From contig CBDUKN010000001.1 in assembly GCA_965367815.1 (NCBI GenBank), forward strand, positions 160,001-224,000: a DNA stretch of 64,000 nucleotides, in the 5' to 3' direction. Below the pieces are notes generated by a model. It did no database searches. It saw only the letters and a list, made by a program, of their open reading frames with translations, and was not told the origin of the DNA. Shown here piece by piece: positions 1 to 8,119 of this stretch. Origin of the DNA: an uncultured Thermoprotei archaeon. Its GTDB lineage: Archaea > Thermoproteota > Thermoprotei > Thermofilales > B15-G2. How positions within the stretch are numbered: the stretch's first letter is position 1; each line of letters begins with the position of its first letter. Made by a program: the position numbers and the translations under genes.

Positions 1-2
1 AT

Positions 3-404
3 ACAGGAGCATTTACTCAAGGACTACTTACAGCATTCATGACATACTGCGTAGGCCCTATGACTATAATAGGGTCTATTGAAGACGGTTTAGGGGACCC
101 TTCGATAATATTAGCTAAAGCAGTAATGGATACTACAGTCTCGATAGCATATGCTGCAGCTATGGGCTATGGAGTACTCTTCAGCTCTATACTACTACTG
201 GCTTTCCAAGGATCACTAGCTTTAGCGGCATCATTCTTAAAACCATATTTAAGTACAGCTACGCTACACGATATAACAGGAGTAGGCGGAATTCTGCTAA
301 TAGGGCTTGCACTTAATTTACTTAAAGTAAGGAAAATAAAAGTGGGAGACATGCTCCCATCCCTAATTACTGTACCGCTTTTATCAGCTATCATAAAAAC
401 GTAG
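3..404 (+). CDS. DUF554 family membrane protein (5' truncated by window edge)
   Basis: Frame is open from the window start (TGAFTQGLLTAFMTYCVGPM...). Contains CVGPMTIIGSIEDGL, KAVMD, GYGVLFS and KVGDMLPSL motifs typical of DUF554. Confidence 0.8.
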   Translation, partial: TGAFTQGLLTAFMTYCVGPMTIIGSIEDGLGDPSIILAKAVMDTTVSIAYAAAMGYGVLFSSILLLAFQGSLALAASFLKPYLSTATLHDITGVGGILLIGLALNLLKVRKIKVGDMLPSLITVPLLSAIIKT

Positions 405-435
405 ACCTTATATCGAGCTCAAAGCCAAACTACAT

Positions 436-951
436 GTGATCATAGAGTTCGATGGAAAGAGACCTAGAATAGGAAGAGAGTGCTTCATAGCAGAGTCAGC
501 TCAAATAATAGGAGATGTAGTAGTAGGAGACAAAACTATTGTACTATTTAATGCAGTTATAAGAGGAGATCTAAATAAAATAATTATAGGAGAAAAGTGT
601 TCAATTCAAGATAATGTAGTAATTCACGCGACACTTGAGCATGAAACAGCAATAGGAAATGAGGTTGCAATAACTCATGGATGTGTTCTCGAGGGATGCG
701 AAATAGGCGATAGAACTTTACTCGGCATGGGTGCTGTAATATTAGATGGAGCAAAAATAGGTAAAAACTGTATAATTGGAGCTGGTGCAGTAGTACTCAA
801 TAACACTGTAATACCCGACAATAGCATTGCTGTGGGAGTACCAGCTAAAGTAGTGAAAAAAGTCTCTGAAGAACACTTAAATTACATTGAGCGAGTTATA
901 AGCGAGTACCAGAAGCTGAGAGAAAAATATCTAAAAATTCTATCAAAATAA
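436..951 (+). CDS. Gamma carbonic anhydrase family protein (hexapeptide repeat)
   Basis: IIGDVVVG, AVIRGD, IQDNVVIH and AVGVPAKVVK motifs; GTG start. Confidence 0.9.
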   Translation: MIIEFDGKRPRIGRECFIAESAQIIGDVVVGDKTIVLFNAVIRGDLNKIIIGEKCSIQDNVVIHATLEHETAIGNEVAITHGCVLEGCEIGDRTLLGMGAVILDGAKIGKNCIIGAGAVVLNNTVIPDNSIAVGVPAKVVKKVSEEHLNYIERVISEYQKLREKYLKILSK

Positions 952-1118
952 TATTGCGAAAATATTTCTCTCTAGATTTAGTTATTTTAAATAAATGTCA
1001 AAGAAATCTAAAAATAAGGGAAAATACGTTAAATTAGCTAGAAAAAATTACTCGTGCAAGGACAGGTGACCTACACTATATTAGAAAGGAATAAATTTTC
1101 TGGAAAATATCTTACTTG

Positions 1119-1166
1119 ATGATGAGAAACCCTCGGCAGATTAATGATGAGGGTCTGGAGCTCTGA
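1119..1166 (+). ncRNA. Box C/D methylation guide sRNA (D guide complementary to tRNA-Trp anticodon arm)
   Basis: C box ATGATGA 1119-1125, guide GAAACCCTCGG, D' CAGA 1137-1140, C' ATGATGA 1144-1150, guide GGGTCTGGAGCT, D CTGA 1163-1166. GC-rich guides in an AT-rich intergenic region. Confidence 0.85.
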
Positions 1167-1368
1167 GATGTGTTATGTTCATTAATATAGTATTTTTATG
1201 AGCGGGGGTCAACTCTGTGCACATGGCGATGTTTGTATTTATAATATGTTACTACAATGCCTATGTCTGGCTAAAAACTATATTATATTTATGTTTTTAT
1301 ACAGATAGCTCATACATTATTGCTGAAAAGGTTTTAAATGTAGGGAGTATAATTTAGCGGAAGCTCAT

Positions 1369-2019
1369 ATGGTTAGCCACTATGAGCTGAAGCAGAAGTT
1401 CCTCAATCACCCTTACATACGAAGGCTATACGAAGAAGTGTACAATAAGTATTTAAAAAATGCTTCTGATTTAAATAAGCTGGAAGAAATTGCTGAAAAA
1501 TTTTATAACAAGGAAGGGGAGCTTCTACATAAGATCAAAGTAGAATTACAGAACGGAGTAGGATTAAAGAAATACATCGACTTACTGAGAGACTTTGCTT
1601 TAGCACTAGTGTTAAGAGATTACCTGGGGTGCTTTAAGGAAGTACATGAAGGAAAAAGCGGTATACTCTACTTAGCTGAGAAGCAGTTTGTGGCTAAAAT
1701 GAGGGAACTTAGGTTAGATTATGATGAGATTTTCGATATAATCAAGTACGCTATGCACCCATGTTTACCTTATGAAATGGGTATTGAGAAAAATTGTCAC
1801 TTGGAGAAAATGCTAGAGCTCTTCGATGAAAAGAGAAAAAAGGCCATAGAGAACTGTGTTAAATGTTTGCAGAAAATAGCTGTGTTGAATAGTATGGATG
1901 AAACTAGGGAAAAAGAAATAAGAGAAATAATTAGTATAGTTTTGCGCAAAAAACTCTACTTGCTTACAGCTTATCTTCTTCTCTATATAACTAGACCTAA
2001 AGTAGATCACGTCATATAG
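1369..2019 (+). CDS. Hypothetical alpha-helical protein
   Basis: 216-aa ORF with ATG start and upstream TTTTAAAT; no recognised motif. Confidence 0.6.
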   Translation: MVSHYELKQKFLNHPYIRRLYEEVYNKYLKNASDLNKLEEIAEKFYNKEGELLHKIKVELQNGVGLKKYIDLLRDFALALVLRDYLGCFKEVHEGKSGILYLAEKQFVAKMRELRLDYDEIFDIIKYAMHPCLPYEMGIEKNCHLEKMLELFDEKRKKAIENCVKCLQKIAVLNSMDETREKEIREIISIVLRKKLYLLTAYLLLYITRPKVDHVI

Positions 2020-3359
2020 TGCTTTTGAGCTCTAGCCACTAAGCTTTTAGCGTAGTTAAGTAGCTCCTGTAAATTCTTCTCATTCTTAGCCTCGACTGTT
2101 ATTCTGATTAAAGGCTGAGTATTTGAGGCTCTTATTAGGAACCAGCCTTTGTCTGTGTAAACTTTGACGCCGTCTATAGTGTCTACTTTCTTGAATTTGG
2201 CTTTAAGTTCGCTAGAAATTGCCTCAACGACCTTAAATTTAATGGAGTCTGGGCACTCTAAAGAAACTTCAGTAGAAAGGTAGGTGGGTAGTTTATCAAA
2301 GAACTTTGAAATAGGTTCTTCTAGCTTGCTGCATATTTCGAGAAGTTTTGCTGCAACTAAAATAGCGTCATCAAATAGTCTCAAACTAGGTATAGTCATA
2401 TGTCCGCTGCGCTCAAAGCCTAGTACTGCTTTGTGCTTTTTAACGGCTTCAATTATGTAGAAGTGGCCCACGGGAGTTCTGATAACTTTAAGTCCTTTTT
2501 CCGAAGCAACGTCGTCTATAATACTTGAAGTATTAACGCTGGCTACAATAGTGTCGCCAGGCTTGGTATCTAGAAAGCTTACAATGAGAGAAGCTGTCTT
2601 TTCGGGTTCAGTGTAGCGCCCTTTATCATCAATCACTACTACTCTGTCGCAGTCTCCGTCAAAAGCTAATCCCAAGTCAAAGTTACCTTTAGATACAAGC
2701 GCCATTAGTTCTTTGAGCTTACTAGGCTTAGGCTCAGGTTCTCCTAGAGGAAAAAGCCCGCTAGGCTCTCCATGTATTATTTTGTACTCGCAGCCAAGTT
2801 TTTCAAGCAGAGACTTGATGATTGTTCCCGCGGCACCATTCATGCAGTCTACTGCTACTCTTATTTTCTTTTTAACATCTACTTTAGATAAAACGAAGCT
2901 TAAGTAGTCGTTTTTTATGTCCAATATCTCATATGACCCTATTTTTCTCCAGTCGAATTTCTTGAATTTTCTTTCAATAAAGATTCTCCTTATCTTGTTA
3001 TCTAATTCTTTCGAGTACTCTCCTCCTTCTTTAAAGAACTTTAGTCCATTATACTCTGGAGGATTATGCGATGCTCCAACCATAACGCCTATTTTTGCTT
3101 TAAGTTTCTCTACTGCATAGCTTAGAACACCTATAGGAACTACACCAGTAGCCCTGACATCTACTCCGCGGGAAAGTACTCCGCTCACAAAAGCTTTTTC
3201 ACATATCTCTCCGTGAACTCTAGCGTCTCTACCTACTACTACAAAGTCTTCTGCCACTGTGCCTACAGCTTTACCGAAACTAAGGTAATCTTCTAGCGTC
3301 AATTCGTATTCTACAACTCCTCTAATATCGTAGGCTCTGAAAAATGAAGGAATCTCCAT
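2007..3359 (-). CDS. Phosphomannomutase/phosphoglucomutase
   Basis: FRAYDIRG, ASHNP phosphoserine loop, DGDCDR metal loop, GFERSGH, RASNTQP. Confidence 0.95.
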   Translation of the reverse strand: MEIPSFFRAYDIRGVVEYELTLEDYLSFGKAVGTVAEDFVVVGRDARVHGEICEKAFVSGVLSRGVDVRATGVVPIGVLSYAVEKLKAKIGVMVGASHNPPEYNGLKFFKEGGEYSKELDNKIRRIFIERKFKKFDWRKIGSYEILDIKNDYLSFVLSKVDVKKKIRVAVDCMNGAAGTIIKSLLEKLGCEYKIIHGEPSGLFPLGEPEPKPSKLKELMALVSKGNFDLGLAFDGDCDRVVVIDDKGRYTEPEKTASLIVSFLDTKPGDTIVASVNTSSIIDDVASEKGLKVIRTPVGHFYIIEAVKKHKAVLGFERSGHMTIPSLRLFDDAILVAAKLLEICSKLEEPISKFFDKLPTYLSTEVSLECPDSIKFKVVEAISSELKAKFKKVDTIDGVKVYTDKGWFLIRASNTQPLIRITVEAKNEKNLQELLNYAKSLVARAQKHYMT

Positions 3360-3454
3360 ATAGTAGTTACTAGCGGCAAATGTATTAACATTACTGTAGC
3401 CAGCGTCATCATTTAAACAGATAGGTTTATTTAAATTTCTATGAGTTTTACTCT

Positions 3455-5308
3455 GTGCCGAAAACTCTTTCAGAAAACTGTAGCGTGAAAGTAGAAAATA
3501 GGAAAGTTTTCTTACTAGGAGCTAACTACTGGAATAGAAAACACGATATTTTGATGTGGAGAAAATGGGACAGGGAAACAGTTAAAGATGATTTGAAGAA
3601 AGCTCGAGAAATAGGGCTTAAGGTACTAAGGGCATTTATTCTAGCTGAAGATTTTGCAGAAACAGATGGCTCACTTAAAGAGGATTCTGCAAGAAAGCTC
3701 GAAGAATTCTTGAATATTGCGCAAGAAAATGGGCTAATAATTTTCTTGACGCTTTTAGTAGGCCACATGTCTGGAAAGAACTGGGGCTTTCCATGGGACT
3801 CAGAAAACAAAGTATACGAAGTAGATGTACTAGAAAAAACAAGAAAGTTCGTAAGAGAAGTAGTAAGGCGTTTTAAGAATCATCCTGCTCTCGGCGGCTG
3901 GATTATTTCAAATGAGATAACGTTAGTAGCTAAACCTGAGAAGCCTGAACAGTTCTATAACTGGCTTAGAACACTCTACAGAGACATTAAAGAAGAGGAT
4001 TCTCACCACATTGTTTCGTTAGGAGACTCCACTACACCATTTTCTACACTGCTCACGCCGGAGAAAGTAGAGCCTTACGTAGACTATTTTTCGCCACACC
4101 TATATCTGTACGACGATAATCCTATCAGACACACGATGACTTATCTCGCCGTACTCGAGTACTGTAGAAGTCTTAAAAAGAAGCCAGTAATCTTGGAAGA
4201 GTACGGTTTTCCAACAAATCTTTATACAGAAGAGAGCCACGCTAGATTCATTGAAATAGTTCTCGTAGGAGCACTAGCCGTAGGAGCTTCAGGAGCTTTC
4301 ATATGGTGTTTCTCCGATTTTCCTGGAGAAGAAGACGAGCCTTATCTCTGGGAGCCTCATGAGCTAGCCTTTGGCTTAATTAAAGCTAATGGAGAAAACA
4401 AGAAGGCAGCTGAATCAGTTAAAAGAGTAAGTGAGCTCCTTGAAATACTCGACTTAAATCAGTACACGCTGCCTCAAAGAGATATAGAAATAGTAGTTCC
4501 TGCCGTACTCTATAGAGATTATCCTTTCGTATTTGAGAATAACTACGAGGTATTTAAGGCTCTTTCGCAGGCATATGTTTTGGCAGAACAAGCTTCTCTT
4601 CAAGCAACATTTATTAGAGAAGACGATATCGAGAGTAGCGAGAGTAAAGTAATAACCGTGCCAAGTTTACCTCGATTATTGACGAGAACCTGGAGAAAGC
4701 TACTTAAACTAGCTGAAAAGGGACGGCTAGTCTACTACTCTCATTTGAGGTATACTAATCATCCGCATGTATCTTCATGTCACATATGGGAAGAACTCTT
4801 CGGCGTACAGCCTTCACTTAAAGCAGGTATGAGGGCAGAAACTCTAGACTACTTGTACATAAGGTTCGACGACTGGGTGCTAAGAATACCTGAAGTAAAA
4901 AGAGACCTCGGTAGCACAGGTTTCGTGCCTGTAGACGCTAAGCCGATTGGATTCGCATACAGGAAGCCAGTATTCTTCGAGGCCTCGAGAGGCTCAGGAT
5001 ATACAATGCTATCGGCGCATCCAATAGAGCTTCACTTAGCTTATACGAGTATACACAATAACGCCTATAAGCTCTACGAAAAGCTAGCTTCCAAGGTAGG
5101 AGTAAAGCCATTTTACAAAGCAGACAACCCTGCAATACAGGTAAAGTACTGGCTCAAAAAAGGCGAGCCTAAAATACTATTTCTACTAAACCACTCTTAT
5201 ACACCATTGAAAACAAGGCTGACAGGCAAAATTATATGGGGGAGAGGCGAAAAAGAAGACAACTTAATAAAAATTGAGCCTAAGAGCGCTGTAGTACTAG
5301 AGCTTTAG
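3455..5308 (+). CDS. Clan GH-A glycoside hydrolase (GH5-like beta-mannosidase/mannanase or beta-galactosidase) with C-terminal accessory domain
   Basis: GANYW, ISNE (acid/base), LEEYG (nucleophile), IWCFSD, HELAFG. Confidence 0.8.
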   Translation: MPKTLSENCSVKVENRKVFLLGANYWNRKHDILMWRKWDRETVKDDLKKAREIGLKVLRAFILAEDFAETDGSLKEDSARKLEEFLNIAQENGLIIFLTLLVGHMSGKNWGFPWDSENKVYEVDVLEKTRKFVREVVRRFKNHPALGGWIISNEITLVAKPEKPEQFYNWLRTLYRDIKEEDSHHIVSLGDSTTPFSTLLTPEKVEPYVDYFSPHLYLYDDNPIRHTMTYLAVLEYCRSLKKKPVILEEYGFPTNLYTEESHARFIEIVLVGALAVGASGAFIWCFSDFPGEEDEPYLWEPHELAFGLIKANGENKKAAESVKRVSELLEILDLNQYTLPQRDIEIVVPAVLYRDYPFVFENNYEVFKALSQAYVLAEQASLQATFIREDDIESSESKVITVPSLPRLLTRTWRKLLKLAEKGRLVYYSHLRYTNHPHVSSCHIWEELFGVQPSLKAGMRAETLDYLYIRFDDWVLRIPEVKRDLGSTGFVPVDAKPIGFAYRKPVFFEASRGSGYTMLSAHPIELHLAYTSIHNNAYKLYEKLASKVGVKPFYKADNPAIQVKYWLKKGEPKILFLLNHSYTPLKTRLTGKIIWGRGEKEDNLIKIEPKSAVVLEL

Positions 5309-5914
5309 AACACTTAGTATTTCTTTCTCAATTTTCCCCATATTTTCTTTAAGTTTTCCTTCAGCTAAATACGCTGTAAACATTTCAAATAACTTCTTGT
5401 AATCGTTCACCGTGAAGTTTGTTTTTCTAAAAACCGAATAGCCTTGAAGTTCCTCAAACTGTTTTTCAAGAGACTCAACTGTGATTAATCTACTCGGCTT
5501 CTCTTTCATTAACTCACTTGAAACTACTCTTTCAAGAAATCTCGCTAATATTTCACTTAAGGCAAGTCTTTTTTCAGGATCCTTTTCTCCGAGTATCTCG
5601 TTTAAAACCGAATGAGCTATCTCATGTATGATGACGTGAATAGAGCTATCAAAGTACTCTTTAATTATCATAAATGCTTTCTCGTCATTTACTTTAACTC
5701 CGCTTATTTTCTCTATTTTTTCACAAATGATTGGAGCGTATTTTTTGATTTCAGAAAATAGCTCGGAGAAATATTTCTCTAACTCTTTCTCTAATTTTCT
5801 CTGCACATAGAAATGGTGCTTTTCTCTGGTTTCCAGTCTGCTTTTCATTTTCTTGATTTCTTCAGCTAGTTCTTCAACTTTTTTGAGTTCTTTTTCTTCT
5901 TCTTCTAGGCTCAT
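5297..5914 (-). CDS. Hypothetical protein with HEXXH (zincin-like) motif
   Basis: VIIHEIAH followed by LSEILARF; N-terminal coiled coil. Confidence 0.6.
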   Translation of the reverse strand: MSLEEEEKELKKVEELAEEIKKMKSRLETREKHHFYVQRKLEKELEKYFSELFSEIKKYAPIICEKIEKISGVKVNDEKAFMIIKEYFDSSIHVIIHEIAHSVLNEILGEKDPEKRLALSEILARFLERVVSSELMKEKPSRLITVESLEKQFEELQGYSVFRKTNFTVNDYKKLFEMFTAYLAEGKLKENMGKIEKEILSVLKL

Positions 5915-5959
5915 AGTATCAAAGTATATAGTTTTATAGAAATATATAAGTTTTTCTAT

Positions 5960-6183
5960 TTCTATAGAATTATGTAGTAAGATAGTTTTAGCTGCTGTAG
6001 AAAGAGGCCTAAGCAGGCTAAGTGCCCGTAAGATAAATGAGGAACATTTATGTCTGGAAGCCTTATGTCTTTCCCAAAGATTTCCACCGGCTTTCCTTTA
6101 TCGTCTCTAAACACTTTAGCACAGGCTTTAAGACTGAAGCAAAGGGTTTGTGGCCCCTAATTCTATAGAATTATGTAGTAAGA
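5960..6183. repeat. 23-bp perfect direct repeat pair (5960-5982 and 6161-6183)
   Basis: TTCTATAGAATTATGTAGTAAGA occurs twice, 201 bp apart; it begins with the palindrome TTCTATAGAA. Confidence 0.9.
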
Positions 6184-6223
6184 CTGAAGTAAAAAGTAAA
6201 AATCTTTCAGACATAAATGTTCC
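6041..6223. repeat. 16-bp perfect inverted repeat (6041-6056 / 6208-6223)
   Basis: GGAACATTTATGTCTG and its reverse complement CAGACATAAATGTTCC. Confidence 0.85.
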
Positions 6224-6243
6224 ATTTAAATATGACTAGTAAT

Positions 6244-8088
6244 TTAGGCCACAAAACCTGCGCCTTCTATAGGAACGCATATTAAGACTCCTGTCCTAGG
6301 TTTGCCGTACTTATCGTAGTACTCTCTATAAAGTATGTCAACTACTTCTTTGATGTACTTTTCGTCAACTAATGCTATTACACATCCTCCTAAACCTGCT
6401 CCAGCTAACTGCGCACCTATAACTCCCTTTTGACGCAAAAGAAGGTCTACAAGATAGTCTGTTTCCTTTATACTACATCGATAGGCTCCGGGCTGCATAA
6501 AGAGCTGTTTTTCCGGATTATCACCAGGTAGCTTGATTAAATAATCTAAGTAGTCGTCGGTAGCACTCCACTTCCACTCTTTTTCAACGCTATCACTGTA
6601 CTTTACTACTCTATCTCCATCGTGTGAGATCTTCATAAGCTCACCGAATTTTTCCACATCACCTTTAGACAATATGTCGTAAACTATTCGGCTTCGCTCA
6701 CATTCAGCTATGCCGAAGAAACAAACATCTCTTATAGCATAGCCTTCAGCAGGCTCTTTATGTTCTCTAAAAATCTGTTTAAGCCGCTCTTTTTCTTCAG
6801 GAAGTATTTCAAGTATTTCTTTTCTACTAGCTCTTAAGGGCAGAGATTTCAGCATAGAGTATATTGTATTTAAGTCAAAGTTCAGTGTATTTATATCCCT
6901 CAGATACTTGACTTCAGAAAGTAGCTTTGGATATCTTTTCTTAAGAATCATGAACCCTATTTCATAGCACGCTACTCTCTGATTAAAAATATCTTTAGCT
7001 CCAGTCATCTTTTTTGCTTCAACAAAAGAATTGCAGACAAGTACTCTATAGCCTGAAGGAAACTTTGCGTAACTTATTCTCAGAGGGAAGAAGCCTATGT
7101 GTGAAACATAGCCAGCTCTACCCCATATCATTGCTGCGTGGTCGCCGCAGCCACCACGGGTTCCCACATACCACTCACTGTAGCCGCAGAGCTCTATAAG
7201 CCGTTTCTTAGATATCTTTAGGTTATTTGCGGCGATAGTAGCAAGATAAGTTGCCACAACAAGTGCTGATGAAGACGAGAGACCAGCAGACATAGGTATA
7301 TCTCCGTAGAAAAGCATGTCGAGTCCTCTGAGTTTCCTCAAGTACCATTCATCGTCAATACGGTAGTATTCCTGCAAATAGACTATAGATTTAATGTAAT
7401 TAATCCAAGACTTTTCTTCGCCCCTACAAGCTCTTTCCTCGTACTTTACTTGAGTCCACTTTCTCCACTCATCAATACTCTTAATCTTCTTCTCGGGGAG
7501 CTCTTCACTGAGCTTAAATTCTCCTCCTGGAAACTTTTCTTCATAGTAGTTTTCTACTTTAAATAGATCGTCTTCACGTGAAGAAGCTACAAGCACGACT
7601 TCTCTGTTAAAAGTAATAGGATTAACATATCCTCCTCGGTGGTCGACGTGCCGGCCCATTAAATTCACTCGTCCAGGTACTCTTACTAAAAACACTTTTC
7701 TCGAGCCATATTTATCTTTAAATCTATTTAAAACATCAAGGTATATTTTCTTACGTTCTTCAATTATATCAGGATAGTCTCCGAAAATTTTGCTGAAGTC
7801 TATTTGATTTTCTTTAATGCGCTCTAGGAGCTTCTCTATTTCCTGCGGCTTAGGGTAAGTCACTAGCTCTAAGTTGGGGTATCCGGACTCAATAACTTGT
7901 CCGTATAGTTTCTCGCCTACTACTTTCGAATTAGATTCTATTAAACAGCACGAAATCTCGCTATTCTTTATATATACGTTTTCGGAAATAATGCTGTCTT
8001 CGATAACAGAAAATTCAACAGTAGTATTATTCTCTAAAACAGTCTTTTCCTCGAATCTCTGTTTTCCTTTAACTACTATCTGTTTCAC
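6244..8088 (-). CDS. GHMP sugar kinase, galactokinase-like, with N-terminal extension
   Basis: PGRVNLMGRHVDH, PMSAGLSSSSA, GGCGDHA and GAQLAGAGLGGC motifs. Confidence 0.85.
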   Translation of the reverse strand: MKQIVVKGKQRFEEKTVLENNTTVEFSVIEDSIISENVYIKNSEISCCLIESNSKVVGEKLYGQVIESGYPNLELVTYPKPQEIEKLLERIKENQIDFSKIFGDYPDIIEERKKIYLDVLNRFKDKYGSRKVFLVRVPGRVNLMGRHVDHRGGYVNPITFNREVVLVASSREDDLFKVENYYEEKFPGGEFKLSEELPEKKIKSIDEWRKWTQVKYEERACRGEEKSWINYIKSIVYLQEYYRIDDEWYLRKLRGLDMLFYGDIPMSAGLSSSSALVVATYLATIAANNLKISKKRLIELCGYSEWYVGTRGGCGDHAAMIWGRAGYVSHIGFFPLRISYAKFPSGYRVLVCNSFVEAKKMTGAKDIFNQRVACYEIGFMILKKRYPKLLSEVKYLRDINTLNFDLNTIYSMLKSLPLRASRKEILEILPEEKERLKQIFREHKEPAEGYAIRDVCFFGIAECERSRIVYDILSKGDVEKFGELMKISHDGDRVVKYSDSVEKEWKWSATDDYLDYLIKLPGDNPEKQLFMQPGAYRCSIKETDYLVDLLLRQKGVIGAQLAGAGLGGCVIALVDEKYIKEVVDILYREYYDKYGKPRTGVLICVPIEGAGFVA

Positions 8089-8119
8089 GTTATAGGCTTA
8101 GTATTTAGCACTTAAATTA

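Noticed and set aside
3365-3415. ATGATGA on the minus strand upstream of the PMM gene as a C box
   Set aside because: No correctly spaced D' or D (CTGA) boxes; the region fits the divergent promoter.
5960-6183. Direct repeats as a mini-CRISPR or dif site
   Set aside because: Only two copies with a 178-bp interval and no cas genes; lacks the two-arm symmetry around a 6-bp spacer expected of dif.
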